Assembly (NCBI GenBank): GCA_902526795.1
Contig: CABZMF010000001.1
Span: 350,622-414,621, forward strand
Length of the DNA stretch: 64,000 nt
From: an uncultured Fidelibacterota bacterium
GTDB lineage: Bacteria > Fidelibacterota > Marinisomatia > Marinisomatales > Marinisomataceae
Direction of reading: 5' to 3'
Shown here: positions 20,057 to 30,718 of the stretch, one piece after another
How positions within the stretch are numbered: position 1 is the stretch's first letter
How the letters are laid out: each line of letters begins with the position of its first letter
Position numbers and translations under genes: made by a program
The notes under the pieces: generated by a model
What the model was told of the DNA's origin: nothing
Database searches by the model: none
What the model saw: the letters and a program-made list of their open reading frames with translations, nothing else

Positions 20057-21291
20057 TTTTTCTATTAATTTTATATAATCTTTTGGTGCTTCCTATGTTT
20101 ATAATTTTGTCTCTAATATTATCAATATTTGATAAAAAGGTTAGAAAAGGGCTTTTGGGAAGAATTAATTCTTTTTCAAGATTGAAATCATTTAATAAAG
20201 ATAAATTTTCAGAAATATACTGGTTTCACTCTGCATCTTATGGAGAATACCAACAGGTTGAAACATTAATTAGCGAAATAAAAAGAAGAGATAAAAATAT
20301 TGGAATTATCGCATCATTTTTTTCACCATCTGGATTTGAAAACGTAGAAGATAGAAATATTGATTTAAAAATCTACTTACCATTTGATTTTATCTTTACA
20401 CATTACAAAGTTTTAATGTTGATTAGACCTAAAAAAATATTTTTTTCTTCGAGTGATTTTTGGCCAAGTTTTTTGTTTGTTGCAAATAAATTAAATATTA
20501 CAACCATTTTAACCTCAGCAAGGTATAGAAAAACATATTATATATTCTTGAAAATGTTTGATAAAATTTTTTGTATTAGTAACACTGATTTTAAATTAAT
20601 AAAAAAAAATATTTCTAGTGAAGTATATGAAGCAGGGAATCCCCGCTACGATAGAATTTTAAACAATTTACCAAAACACAAAAGTAAAGCTGGTCTTACA
20701 AAAAAAACAAAAAATAAAAATTTAATTTTGGCAAGTATGTGGAATGAAGATAATATCATTTTTGAAAAATTAATGAATTCACGCTTAGTAAATATTTTTA
20801 ATAAAATAATCATTGTTCCACATGAAATATCTTTTAGATATATCAATTATTATTGCACAGCATTAGATAAAAAAAAATACTCATATAAACTAATTAGTGA
20901 ACATAAGAACTTTGATAATATAACTGAAAAGTTTATTATTATTGACAAAGTTGGTTTTCTGTCAAAATTATATTTACAGACATCTATAGCATATGTTGGA
21001 GGAGGTTTTTCTACAAATGGAATTCATAATATTATTGAGCCTGCTGCAGCTTCAAACCCAGTAATTTTTGGTCCAAATTTTTTAAATTCAAATAAATTTG
21101 ATGCTGATGGATTGATAAATGTTTCAGGAGGTTTTTCTATAAAATCGTATGAAGTATTTGAGCAAAGAATAAACTGGCTTTTGGTTGAAAAGAACTATCA
21201 ATTTTCCTCGTTAAATTGTAAATCTTTTGTTGAGAAATTTTCGGGATCTACAAAGAAAATCCTAGAGATCATTTATGATAAAGATATTTAA
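20053..21291 (+). CDS. waaA: 3-deoxy-D-manno-octulosonic-acid transferase
   Basis: WFHxASxGE, YLPFD, VPH, YVGGG..HNIIEPA..GP. Confidence 0.88.
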   Translation: MIFLLILYNLLVLPMFIILSLILSIFDKKVRKGLLGRINSFSRLKSFNKDKFSEIYWFHSASYGEYQQVETLISEIKRRDKNIGIIASFFSPSGFENVEDRNIDLKIYLPFDFIFTHYKVLMLIRPKKIFFSSSDFWPSFLFVANKLNITTILTSARYRKTYYIFLKMFDKIFCISNTDFKLIKKNISSEVYEAGNPRYDRILNNLPKHKSKAGLTKKTKNKNLILASMWNEDNIIFEKLMNSRLVNIFNKIIIVPHEISFRYINYYCTALDKKKYSYKLISEHKNFDNITEKFIIIDKVGFLSKLYLQTSIAYVGGGFSTNGIHNIIEPAAASNPVIFGPNFLNSNKFDADGLINVSGGFSIKSYEVFEQRINWLLVEKNYQFSSLNCKSFVEKFSGSTKKILEIIYDKDI

Positions 21292-21817
21292 ATTTAGAGA
21301 CATTTTTTTAATACCAAACCTAATTACTATTCTTAGATTTTTTTTAATTGCTCCCATGATTATAACATATAAAAATGGAATGCAATCTTATTTTTTAATT
21401 ATACTTTTCGTATCCTTATTAAGTGATTTTTTAGATGGGATTGCAGCAAGAATGCTTAATCAAAAATCTGAGCTTGGTAAGACTCTTGATCCAATAGCTG
21501 ATGGAATTACATTATTTGCTTTTATCATTTTATTTAACAGAGAAGGATTTATTACGAATTGGTTTATGATTTTTTATTTTTTACGACAACTTACTATTCT
21601 AGTATTTTCCCTATGGTACTTACCTAAGTTAGAAACTGTATATGGTTCAAATATTTTAGGTAAAACAGGCGTTTGTTTCCTTGGTGGCGCATTATGTATT
21701 TTTGCTTTAAAAATTCAGGATATATATTTTATTACCCCAACCCTCTTAAATGTTTCTGCTGTTTTACTTTTTATTAGCCTTCTAGACTATTTAAGATTCT
21801 TTTCAAATCTTAAATAG
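21275..21817 (+). CDS. CDP-alcohol phosphatidyltransferase (PgsA/CRLS-like)
   Basis: IPNLITxLR and DxxDGxxAR...GxxLDPxAD signature. Confidence 0.92.
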   Translation: MIKIFKFRDIFLIPNLITILRFFLIAPMIITYKNGMQSYFLIILFVSLLSDFLDGIAARMLNQKSELGKTLDPIADGITLFAFIILFNREGFITNWFMIFYFLRQLTILVFSLWYLPKLETVYGSNILGKTGVCFLGGALCIFALKIQDIYFITPTLLNVSAVLLFISLLDYLRFFSNLK

Positions 21818-21878
21818 ACCTAATTGGCATACAAACTTATTTACATTTTCGTTCATAACAATTAAATTATTAGTCATT

Positions 21879-23870
21879 ATGGCAGACTTTAAAGTAGAAT
21901 CAAAATTTTCTCCAGCAGGTGATCAACCCTCTGCAATATCTGAACTATCTAACGGACTAAAACAAAATACATCTCACCAAACTTTACTTGGAGTAACCGG
22001 TTCTGGAAAAACCTATACTGTTGCCAAAGTTATTGAAGAGGTTCAAAAGCCAACACTTGTCATTTCTCATAACAAGACATTAGCTGCTCAATTGTATGGT
22101 GAATTTAAAAATCTCTTTCCAAATAACGCTGTAGAATATTTTATAAGTTATTATGACTATTATCAACCTGAATCATATATGCCTATAACAGATACATTCA
22201 TTGAAAAAGATTTTTCAATGAATGAAGAAATTGATCGATTAAGATTAAAAGCTACGAGCTCACTTCTCCAAAGGAATGATGTTATAGTTGTAAGCTCTGT
22301 TTCATGTATATATGGTCTTGGGAACCCTAAAGAATGGAAAAAACAAGTTGTCCATCTTCAATTAGATAAAGAAATAAGTAGGAGCAGTTTAACAGAATTC
22401 TTGGTTGATATTTATTATCAAAGAAATGATCAAGTGCTTGAAAGATGTAACTTTAGAATTTTAGGTGATATTTTTGAAATTTTTCCTGCTTATGAGGAAA
22501 AGGCAATTAGAGTAGATATTTTTGATAATGCAATTCAATCCATTGTTTCTTTCGACCCGCTAACTGGAGAAGAGTATTCTGAGCACGAAGAATTTTATTT
22601 ATATCCTGCAAGACATTTTATTTCAGACAAGGAAAAAAATGATGCGGTTATCAAAGAAATAAGAAGAGACTTGAAAAACAGAACCAAATATTTTAGTAAA
22701 AATAAAAAATTCTTAGAAGAACAAAGAATTGGGCAAAGAACAAATTTTGATATTGAAATGATTGAAGAAATCGGATACTGTTCAGGAATAGAAAATTATT
22801 CTAGGTATTTTGATGGAAGAAAAGAAGGGGAAAGACCATTTACATTAATTGATTTTTTCCCTGATAATTTTTTAACAGTCATTGATGAATCACATGTTAC
22901 TTTACCTCAAATACAGGCAATGTATGGAGGAGACAGGAAGCGAAAAGATAATTTAATAGATTATGGATTCAGGTTACCATCAGCATACGATAATAGACCA
23001 CTAAAATCTAACGAATTTGCATCGCTTCAGAATCAAGTTATATATGCATCAGCAACACCGTCTCATAGAGAATTAGAATTATCTCAAGGTGCTGTCACAG
23101 AGCTAATAAATAGACCAACTGGCTTAGTTGATCCTGAATTGATAATAAGACCCTCTGCAGGTCAAATTGATGACCTAATTTCAGAAATTAAAATTAGAGC
23201 AAATAAGGATGAAAGATGCTTGGTGACAACATTAACAAAAAAAATGGCTGAAGACCTATCTGAATATTTAAGCTCTGTTGGGTTAAGAGTAAGATATTTG
23301 CACTCTGAGGTAAAAACTATTGAAAGAGTTAAGATTTTAAGAGATCTAAGGTTGGGAGATTTTGATGTTTTAGTTGGAATTAATTTATTGAGAGAGGGTC
23401 TTGATTTACCTGAAGTATCTTTAGTAGCAATTTTAGATGCAGATAAAGAAGGATTTCTACGTTCAAAAAGCTCACTTGTTCAAACTGCTGGAAGAGCAGC
23501 AAGGCACGAGCAGGGTAAAGTAATTTTATACGCTGATAAAACTACAGATTCGATGAAATATCTTATTGATGAAACTGAAAGAAGAAGAAAAATTCAAATT
23601 TCATATAATAAGGAAAATAATATTATACCAAAAACTGTAAAAAAGTCAGTTGAAGAGATTATGCAAACAACTAGGGTTGCTGAATCTCATAGAGAAAGTG
23701 AAATTGAAGTCAAAAGAGATATTTTGACGGATAAGTTCTTAAATGAAGATAAAAAAATTGTGGTTGAAATGATTAGAGAAGAAATGCTAGATGCAGCTGA
23801 GAATTTAGAATTTGAAAAAGCAGCAACTTTGAGAGATGAAATGAACAAATTAGAAAAGGAAATCTTATAA
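21879..23870 (+). CDS. uvrB: Excinuclease ABC subunit B
   Basis: GVTGSGKT, YYDYYQPE, DESH, GINLLREGLD, C-terminal FEKAAxLRD. Confidence 0.98.
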   Translation: MADFKVESKFSPAGDQPSAISELSNGLKQNTSHQTLLGVTGSGKTYTVAKVIEEVQKPTLVISHNKTLAAQLYGEFKNLFPNNAVEYFISYYDYYQPESYMPITDTFIEKDFSMNEEIDRLRLKATSSLLQRNDVIVVSSVSCIYGLGNPKEWKKQVVHLQLDKEISRSSLTEFLVDIYYQRNDQVLERCNFRILGDIFEIFPAYEEKAIRVDIFDNAIQSIVSFDPLTGEEYSEHEEFYLYPARHFISDKEKNDAVIKEIRRDLKNRTKYFSKNKKFLEEQRIGQRTNFDIEMIEEIGYCSGIENYSRYFDGRKEGERPFTLIDFFPDNFLTVIDESHVTLPQIQAMYGGDRKRKDNLIDYGFRLPSAYDNRPLKSNEFASLQNQVIYASATPSHRELELSQGAVTELINRPTGLVDPELIIRPSAGQIDDLISEIKIRANKDERCLVTTLTKKMAEDLSEYLSSVGLRVRYLHSEVKTIERVKILRDLRLGDFDVLVGINLLREGLDLPEVSLVAILDADKEGFLRSKSSLVQTAGRAARHEQGKVILYADKTTDSMKYLIDETERRRKIQISYNKENNIIPKTVKKSVEEIMQTTRVAESHRESEIEVKRDILTDKFLNEDKKIVVEMIREEMLDAAENLEFEKAATLRDEMNKLEKEIL

Positions 23871-23884
23871 TTAATGGAGATACA

Positions 23885-25087
23885 ATGAATATAGATTTAG
23901 TAAAACAAAAAGCTGGGATTGTGGGAGAAAGCGACGCTATTAATCAAGTCTTAGAAATGATTTCCCAGGTATCTAATGTTGATATATCAATCTTAATAAA
24001 TGGTGAATCTGGTACTGGTAAAGAGTTGGTTAGTAAAGCATTACATTTAGGAAGTAAAAGGTCCTCTAATGAGCTTGTAATAGTTAATTGCGGGGCAATA
24101 CCAGAAGGTATTATTGAAAGTGAGCTCTTTGGACATAAAAAAGGCGCATATACAGATGCTAGCGAAACAAGAAAAGGATACTTTGAAACTGCTAATAAAG
24201 GAACAATTTTTCTAGATGAAATTGGTGATATGCCAATGGAAACGCAGGTAAAAGTATTAAGAGTTTTAGAATCTGGTGAATTCATGCGTGTTGGTGATTC
24301 TGAAACTAAAAAAACTGATGTTAGAGTTGTTGCAGCAACTAATAAAGATTTAGGAAAACTTGTTCAAGAAGGAAAATTTAGACAAGATTTATACTACAGG
24401 TTAAAAACAGTAACAATAAATATACCTCCCTTAAGGCAAAGAAAAAGTGATATTAGACTTTTAGTAGACAGATTTGCATTACAATTTAGTAGATCAAATG
24501 ATATTAAATACAAAGGTTTTACTCCAGAAGCAATAAAAGAAATGCATGAACATCATTGGCCAGGAAATGTAAGAGAACTCAGGAACTTTGTTGAAAGTAT
24601 TTTAATTCTACAAAAAGGTGAAAGAATATCTTCTGAAATGGTAATTAATCAATTATCAGGTGATAAACTTGAACAAATAGATTCTAATAGTTCATTACCA
24701 GTAGTAATGAATAGAGACCCTGATCAGGCTGAAAGAGAGTTAATTCTTCGTCAATTACTTTTTTTAAGGCAAGACATAGAGGATTTAAAATTAATGATGA
24801 AAGAATCTAGTTTTTCTGAATTAAATTCGTCAAAAAGTATAAATCAATCATTTGAAAGAACATTTGAAAATAATGAGATTTTTACCAAAGATGAAAATCT
24901 TATTAAAGGTGAGATGATTGGTGCATTTAATACAAAAGATCTTGAAAGAGAAATGATTATAAGAACTTTGGAGCATTTTAATAACAATAGAAGAGCAGCA
25001 GCTAAATCACTTGATATGAGCGAAAGAACTCTTTATAGAAAAATAAATGATTATGGAATTGAAAAAAAAATTAAAAAAGATAACTAA
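23885..25087 (+). CDS. Sigma54-interacting AAA+ regulator with Fis-type HTH, no N-terminal sensor domain
   Basis: GESGTGKE, ESELFGH, GAYTDA loop, FLDEIG, WPGNVREL, C-terminal HTH. Confidence 0.93.
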   Translation: MNIDLVKQKAGIVGESDAINQVLEMISQVSNVDISILINGESGTGKELVSKALHLGSKRSSNELVIVNCGAIPEGIIESELFGHKKGAYTDASETRKGYFETANKGTIFLDEIGDMPMETQVKVLRVLESGEFMRVGDSETKKTDVRVVAATNKDLGKLVQEGKFRQDLYYRLKTVTINIPPLRQRKSDIRLLVDRFALQFSRSNDIKYKGFTPEAIKEMHEHHWPGNVRELRNFVESILILQKGERISSEMVINQLSGDKLEQIDSNSSLPVVMNRDPDQAERELILRQLLFLRQDIEDLKLMMKESSFSELNSSKSINQSFERTFENNEIFTKDENLIKGEMIGAFNTKDLEREMIIRTLEHFNNNRRAAAKSLDMSERTLYRKINDYGIEKKIKKDN

Positions 25088-25622
25088 CATTCTTTTTATT
25101 TTTTGTTTGGTGGGATGCAGTTATTATTCAATGGCTGGATCAATTCCCGCTAACATTAATAATGTCTATATTCCATTAATACAAAATGATACTGTTGAAT
25201 TTGAAATTGCTGAAAATCTCACATCAAAAATCACACAAGAAATAGCAATTCAGAATATTCTAAAAATAACAAATAATGAAAAGAGCGATAGTTCTATTTT
25301 AGGAGTTATTTCTAGTGCAAATGACGGTCCATTTTCTTTCGACAGCAATGAACAAGTTGATGAGTACAGATTTTCAATAAATGTACAAATTGTTTGGGTT
25401 GATAATCAGAATGAAAAAAATTTGATAGAAAAAACTTTTACGGGTTTTGGAAATTATAGTATTAATAATGATCCCTCATCTGATGGAATTGACAATGATA
25501 ATGATGGAATTTTGGATGAAAATGATGATGATGAATTTGGTGATTCTAGAGAGCTGGCAATTAATATTGCAATTAACAAAATTGCATCAGATATTGTAAA
25601 TTCAATCCTTTCTACATGGTAA
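25047..25622 (+). CDS. lptE: LptE-like lipoprotein with acidic DxDxDG insertion (exact start uncertain)
   Basis: Lipobox LVGC then YYS.AGSIP; follows the sigma54 regulator as in FCB-group genomes; C-terminal helix ending in W. Confidence 0.75.
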   Translation: MIMELKKKLKKITNILFIFCLVGCSYYSMAGSIPANINNVYIPLIQNDTVEFEIAENLTSKITQEIAIQNILKITNNEKSDSSILGVISSANDGPFSFDSNEQVDEYRFSINVQIVWVDNQNEKNLIEKTFTGFGNYSINNDPSSDGIDNDNDGILDENDDDEFGDSRELAINIAINKIASDIVNSILSTW

Positions 25623-26914
25623 AAATGGAAAATATATCTATAAAAAAACTTAAAAATTTTATTGGCAAAGAAGTTCAATTAAATGGATGGATTTACAATC
25701 TTAGGTCCATTGGAAAAATTTGGTTTGCTATTGTTAGAGATGGTACAGGATTTGTGCAGTGTGTTGTAACTAGTAATGATGTTTCTAGTGAGGTATTTCA
25801 ACTTGACTCATCACTGACACAGGAATCATCTATAAGGTTGAAAGGTGTTGTTCAAGAAGATTCTCGTTCTGATTTAGGAGTTGAAATTTTAGTTAAGGAT
25901 ATGGAAGTAATTCACATTGCGGAGGAGTATCCGATAGCTTTAAAAGAACATGGTGTAAGTTTTTTAATGGATAACAGACATCTTTGGCTTAGATCAAAAA
26001 AACAATATGCTATCATGAAAGTACGTCAGAACATAATTAAATCTATAAGAGATTTTTTTGATAACAGAGACTTTGTATTAATTGACTCTCCAATGTTTAC
26101 AGGAAATGCTGTTGAGGGCACTACAACATTATTTGAAACTGAATACTTTAATAGATCAGCTTATTTAACTCAAAGTGGTCAACTTTATCAGGAAGCAGGA
26201 GCAATGGCATTTGGAAAAACATATTGTTTTGGTCCATGTTTTAGAGCTGAAAAATCTAAAACAAGAAAACATTTAACTGAATTTTGGATGGTTGAGCCTG
26301 AAATGGCATTTTATGATCTACATGATAACATGGATTTAATAGAAGAATTTATTATTCATATTGTTTCTCAATGCATTGAAAATTGTAAGGAAGAATTAAG
26401 AATTTTAGAAAGAGATGTCTCTAAGCTTGAAAAGATAAAATCTCCATTTCCTCGCTTAACTTACGATGAAGCAGTAAAGTTATTAAAAGATAACGGTAAA
26501 AAATTTGAATATGGTAGCGACTTTGGATCACCAGATGAAGAATTAATTGCTTCAAAATTTGATTGCCCAGTGATGATTCATAGTTGGCCTCACGAAACTA
26601 AGGCTTTTTATATGAAAAGAGATGATTCTGACAGACTCGCTTTAGGAGTTGATGTAATTGCTCCTGAAGGTTACGGTGAAATTGTTGGTGGTGGTCAAAG
26701 AGAAGATGATCACGATACATTAGTTAAAAGAATTGAAGATCACGGATTACCCTTAAGCTCATTTAAGTGGTATTTAGACCTAAGAAAATATGGTTCAGTT
26801 ACTCATTCTGGTTTTGGTTTGGGACTTGAAAGAACTGTTTCATGGATTTGTGGTATCGATCATGTTAGACAAACTATACCTTTCCCTAGAACAATGGGGA
26901 GATTGGAGCCGTAA
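25616..26914 (+). CDS. asnS: Asparagine--tRNA ligase
   Basis: OB fold RDGTG, RHLWLRS, YLTQSGQLY, FRAEKSKTRxHLxEFWMxEPE, GFGLGLER. Confidence 0.96.
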   Translation: MVKMENISIKKLKNFIGKEVQLNGWIYNLRSIGKIWFAIVRDGTGFVQCVVTSNDVSSEVFQLDSSLTQESSIRLKGVVQEDSRSDLGVEILVKDMEVIHIAEEYPIALKEHGVSFLMDNRHLWLRSKKQYAIMKVRQNIIKSIRDFFDNRDFVLIDSPMFTGNAVEGTTTLFETEYFNRSAYLTQSGQLYQEAGAMAFGKTYCFGPCFRAEKSKTRKHLTEFWMVEPEMAFYDLHDNMDLIEEFIIHIVSQCIENCKEELRILERDVSKLEKIKSPFPRLTYDEAVKLLKDNGKKFEYGSDFGSPDEELIASKFDCPVMIHSWPHETKAFYMKRDDSDRLALGVDVIAPEGYGEIVGGGQREDDHDTLVKRIEDHGLPLSSFKWYLDLRKYGSVTHSGFGLGLERTVSWICGIDHVRQTIPFPRTMGRLEP

Positions 26915-27372
26915 TGAAATTTGATGGGAGAATTGCTGTATTTGGAGGGAGATTTATATCTGAAAAAATTTATAATGATACCGTTGAAATTGGAAAAATG
27001 ATGGCCAAAAAAAATTGGCTTGTTTTTTGTGGCGGAGGTGAAGGAGTAATGGAAGCTATCGCTAAAGGAATATCACTTGAAGGAGGAACCTGTATTGGAA
27101 TTTTAAAAGATAAAGATTTCAAAACTGGAAATGAATATCTCAGTATTCCGATTTCAACTGGAATGGATATTACTAGAAATGCTTTAATAAGTTATAATTG
27201 TGATGTAGGAGTTGCAATATCTGGAGCTTATGGTACTCTAAGCGAGATTGCATTCACATTAGCTCAAGAAAAGCAATTAATTGCTTATTATAGCTGGGAT
27301 ATTCCAAAATCAATCCAAGTTCAAAATATAGATTCATTAATTGAGGAAGTAGATAAATGTCTCAAAAATTAA
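26914..27372 (+). CDS. LOG/TIGR00725-like Rossmann-fold nucleotide-binding protein
   Basis: CGGGxGVMEA, GxxxxRN, GxYGTLSE. Confidence 0.85.
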   Translation: MKFDGRIAVFGGRFISEKIYNDTVEIGKMMAKKNWLVFCGGGEGVMEAIAKGISLEGGTCIGILKDKDFKTGNEYLSIPISTGMDITRNALISYNCDVGVAISGAYGTLSEIAFTLAQEKQLIAYYSWDIPKSIQVQNIDSLIEEVDKCLKN

Positions 27373-28943
27373 ATGTTGCGATTTGTCAAATAAATCCCAC
27401 GCTAGGAGATTTTGAAAAGAATATTGATAATATTTCTTCAAATTACAATCAAGCTTTAGAAGAAGGTGCAAATTTGGTGATATTTCCTGAGATGGCAATT
27501 ACAGGCTACCCTCCCCAAGATTTATTGAATAATCAAAATTTTATTAATCAAAATATTAACTCTTTGAAAAATTTTTCAAAACAAGTTACGGTTCCATGCA
27601 TTATTGGTTTTGTTGATTTTGATAATGGTAAAAAATTTAATGCTGCAGCAATTTGTCAAGATGGAAAAATAATTTGTAAATACCATAAAATTCATCTTCC
27701 AAATTATGATGTTTTTGACGAAAGAAGATATTTTAAAAACGGAGATTCTGTAGGAATTTTTGATTTATGTATTAATAAGAATAATTATAAAATTGCGCTT
27801 CAAATTTGTGAGGATTTGTGGGAAGACGAATATGATAGAAAAATATCAAATGAGATTATTGACCACAACCCTGATCTGATTGTAAATATATCCGCATCTC
27901 CATTTGCTAAAGATAGAAAAAATGATAGGATTGAATTAATTCAAAGTAAGTATGCTAATGCGAATTGTCCATTTATATATTGCAATCTGGTTGGTGGTCA
28001 AGATGAATTAATTTTTGATGGTTTTTCTATGGTTTTTGATAGTGATTTAAACTTAATTAATATGGCAAATGGCTTTAAAGAAGAAATATTATTTTCAGAT
28101 CTTTCATCAAAATCTTTGATAGTTAATACTTCATCAAATGAACAGCTCTTTAGAGCGTTATCTTTAGGTGTTAAAGATTATTTCAAAAAAACCGGACATA
28201 ATAAAGCTGTTATTGGATTAAGTGGAGGTATAGACTCTGCTTTAGTTGCCTGCATAGCTGTTGATGCTTTAGGTTCGAATAATGTCACTTTAATTTCAAT
28301 GCCATCAAGATTTTCTAGCGAACATAGTAAGGTTGATGCTGAAGTACTAGCTGAAAATCTAAAAGCTAAATTTAAAAGGATAGATATTGATAATTTGTTT
28401 CAAACTTATTTAGATGTAATGAGCGTTCATTTTGAAGGGCACGCTCCAAATGTAGCCGAAGAAAATATTCAGTCAAGAATTAGAGGCAATATACTAATGG
28501 CATTTTCAAATAAGTTAGGATCTTTGGTTTTGTCCACAGGTAACAAAACCGAATTAGCTCTTGGATATTGTACTTTATATGGTGACATGAGTGGTGGATT
28601 ATCTGCTATTGGTGATTTAAACAAAAGTGAAGTATATAATCTTTCAAAATGGATAAATAAAAATAATGAAATAATTCCACAAAGCACTTTAGATAAAGAA
28701 CCTTCAGCAGAACTGGCTCCAAATCAGGTAGATCCTTTCGATTATGAGCGAATTAGCCCAGTTGTTGATGATATTATTTTTGGAAATAGCCAAAAAAATG
28801 TCAATGAAGAGTTTTTAAATTTAAAAAAGAAAGTAAATATTAATGAGCATAAAAGAAGGCAGGCGGCTCCAGTTCTTAGAGTTAGCAAAAAAGCCTTCGG
28901 AATTGGAAGAAGAATTCCGATCGTAAATCATTTCCATGAGTAG
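27357..28943 (+). CDS. nadE: Glutamine-dependent NAD+ synthetase
   Basis: Nitrilase domain FPE/K/ICED plus SGGIDS, ENIQSR, TGNKTE, YGD. Confidence 0.96.
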   Translation: MSQKLNVAICQINPTLGDFEKNIDNISSNYNQALEEGANLVIFPEMAITGYPPQDLLNNQNFINQNINSLKNFSKQVTVPCIIGFVDFDNGKKFNAAAICQDGKIICKYHKIHLPNYDVFDERRYFKNGDSVGIFDLCINKNNYKIALQICEDLWEDEYDRKISNEIIDHNPDLIVNISASPFAKDRKNDRIELIQSKYANANCPFIYCNLVGGQDELIFDGFSMVFDSDLNLINMANGFKEEILFSDLSSKSLIVNTSSNEQLFRALSLGVKDYFKKTGHNKAVIGLSGGIDSALVACIAVDALGSNNVTLISMPSRFSSEHSKVDAEVLAENLKAKFKRIDIDNLFQTYLDVMSVHFEGHAPNVAEENIQSRIRGNILMAFSNKLGSLVLSTGNKTELALGYCTLYGDMSGGLSAIGDLNKSEVYNLSKWINKNNEIIPQSTLDKEPSAELAPNQVDPFDYERISPVVDDIIFGNSQKNVNEEFLNLKKKVNINEHKRRQAAPVLRVSKKAFGIGRRIPIVNHFHE

Positions 28944-30717
28944 TACAAAACTGATAAGAAATTTCTGTATTATTGCACATATAGATCATGGTAAGTCTAC
29001 ACTTGCTGATAGACTTTTAGAGTATACTGGAACTATTTCGAAAAAGAAAATGCAAGATCAAGTTTTAGATAATATGGAGCTTGAAAGAGAGAGAGGTATT
29101 ACTATAAAAAGTCATTCAATTCGAATTGATTATAATAGTCATATTTTAAACCTAATTGATACACCGGGCCATGTAGATTTTACTTATGAAGTTTCTAGAA
29201 CATTATCTGCTAGTGAAGGTGCATTACTAATTGTAGATGCTGCCCAAGGAATTGAAGCGCAAACTGTAACAAATTATTTACTTGCTATTGATAATAATTT
29301 AGAGATTATACCTGTGATAAATAAAGTTGATTTGCCTAATGCTGATATTGAAAATGTTTCTAATCAAATTATTGAATTGGTTGGTTGTTCAAAGAATGAT
29401 ATTTTACTTGCCAGTGCAAAGACTGGAGAGGGAATTGAAGATATTCTTGACTCTGTAATAAATAAAATACCTTCACCCTCAGAACCAAAAAATGAAGAAT
29501 TCAAAGGTCTCATTTTCGATTCAATTTATGATCGTTATCGTGGTGTTGTTGCTTATGTAAGGGTTTATGAAGGTTCCTTAAAGAAAGGAAGTAGAATTAA
29601 GTTTTTTGCTCATGATATCCACTATGATGTCGATGAGGTTGGACATTTTATTATTGATAGAAAAAAAGCAGATACTCTTAAAGCGGGTGAGGTAGGATAT
29701 ATCATTGCTAATGTAAGAGATATCGAACATGTTTTAGCAGGTGACACTGTTACTAATTTTAATAAGCCTTGTAAAGAACCAATGCCAGGATTCCAAAAAA
29801 TAAAACCCATGGTTTTTTCAGGTCTTTTTCCATCAGATGCTGGAGAATATGATGATTTAAGGACAGCTTTGGAGAAGCTTAAACTTAATGATGCATCTTT
29901 ATCTTTTGACCCTGAAGTCAGTGATGCATTAGGTTTCGGATATAGATGTGGATTTCTGGGATTATTACATATGGAAATCATTCAAGAAAGGCTTGAGCGA
30001 GAATTTAATCTTTCAATAGTTACTACTAGTCCAAATGTAAAATATTTAGCTAACCTTAAAGATGGATCGCAGGTGGAAGTACAACGTCCAGCTCTACTTC
30101 CCGAACCAAAATATTTAGAAAGTTTAATGGAGCCAATTGTAACTGCAGAAATTTTAACACCAGTTAATTATATTGGAAATGTTATGAAGATATGTGAAGA
30201 AAAAAGAGGTAAGTATAAATCAACTCAGTATTTATCTGAAACTAAGGTTCAACTAATATATGATCTACCTTTAGGAGAAATTCTTTTTGACTTTTATGAT
30301 AGAATTAAGTCTGGTTCAAAGGGATATGCTTCTTTTGATTATACGTTTAAAGAATACAAAACAAGTAAGTTAGACAAACTTGACATATTAATTAATAAAG
30401 AACCTGTTGATGCTCTATCAATGATTTGCGCAAAAAAAGATTCCTATCATAGAGGTCTAGCGTTATGTCAAAAATTAAAAGAACTAATTCCTAGGCATCA
30501 GATTCAAATACCAATTCAAGCTTCTATAGGTTCTAGAGTGATAGCTAGAACAAATATTGCACCCTTTAGAAAAAATGTTACTGAAAAGCTTTATGGTGGA
30601 GATGTTACAAGGAAAAATAAACTCTTACAAAAGCAAAAGAAAGGTAAAAAGAGAATGCGTATGATCGGAAGAGTCGAAGTTCCTCAAGAAGCTTTATTAG
30701 CGGTTCTTAAAATCTAA
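28936..30717 (+). CDS. lepA: Elongation factor 4 (LepA)
   Basis: AHIDHGKSTLADR, DTPGHVDF, NKVD, GFLGLLH, YGGDVTRK. Confidence 0.98.
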   Translation: MSSTKLIRNFCIIAHIDHGKSTLADRLLEYTGTISKKKMQDQVLDNMELERERGITIKSHSIRIDYNSHILNLIDTPGHVDFTYEVSRTLSASEGALLIVDAAQGIEAQTVTNYLLAIDNNLEIIPVINKVDLPNADIENVSNQIIELVGCSKNDILLASAKTGEGIEDILDSVINKIPSPSEPKNEEFKGLIFDSIYDRYRGVVAYVRVYEGSLKKGSRIKFFAHDIHYDVDEVGHFIIDRKKADTLKAGEVGYIIANVRDIEHVLAGDTVTNFNKPCKEPMPGFQKIKPMVFSGLFPSDAGEYDDLRTALEKLKLNDASLSFDPEVSDALGFGYRCGFLGLLHMEIIQERLEREFNLSIVTTSPNVKYLANLKDGSQVEVQRPALLPEPKYLESLMEPIVTAEILTPVNYIGNVMKICEEKRGKYKSTQYLSETKVQLIYDLPLGEILFDFYDRIKSGSKGYASFDYTFKEYKTSKLDKLDILINKEPVDALSMICAKKDSYHRGLALCQKLKELIPRHQIQIPIQASIGSRVIARTNIAPFRKNVTEKLYGGDVTRKNKLLQKQKKGKKRMRMIGRVEVPQEALLAVLKI

Positions 30718-30718
30718 A

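Noticed and set aside
23885-25087. Sensor-less sigma54 activator as a novel system
   Set aside because: This architecture next to lptE is, to my knowledge, a common arrangement in FCB-group genomes
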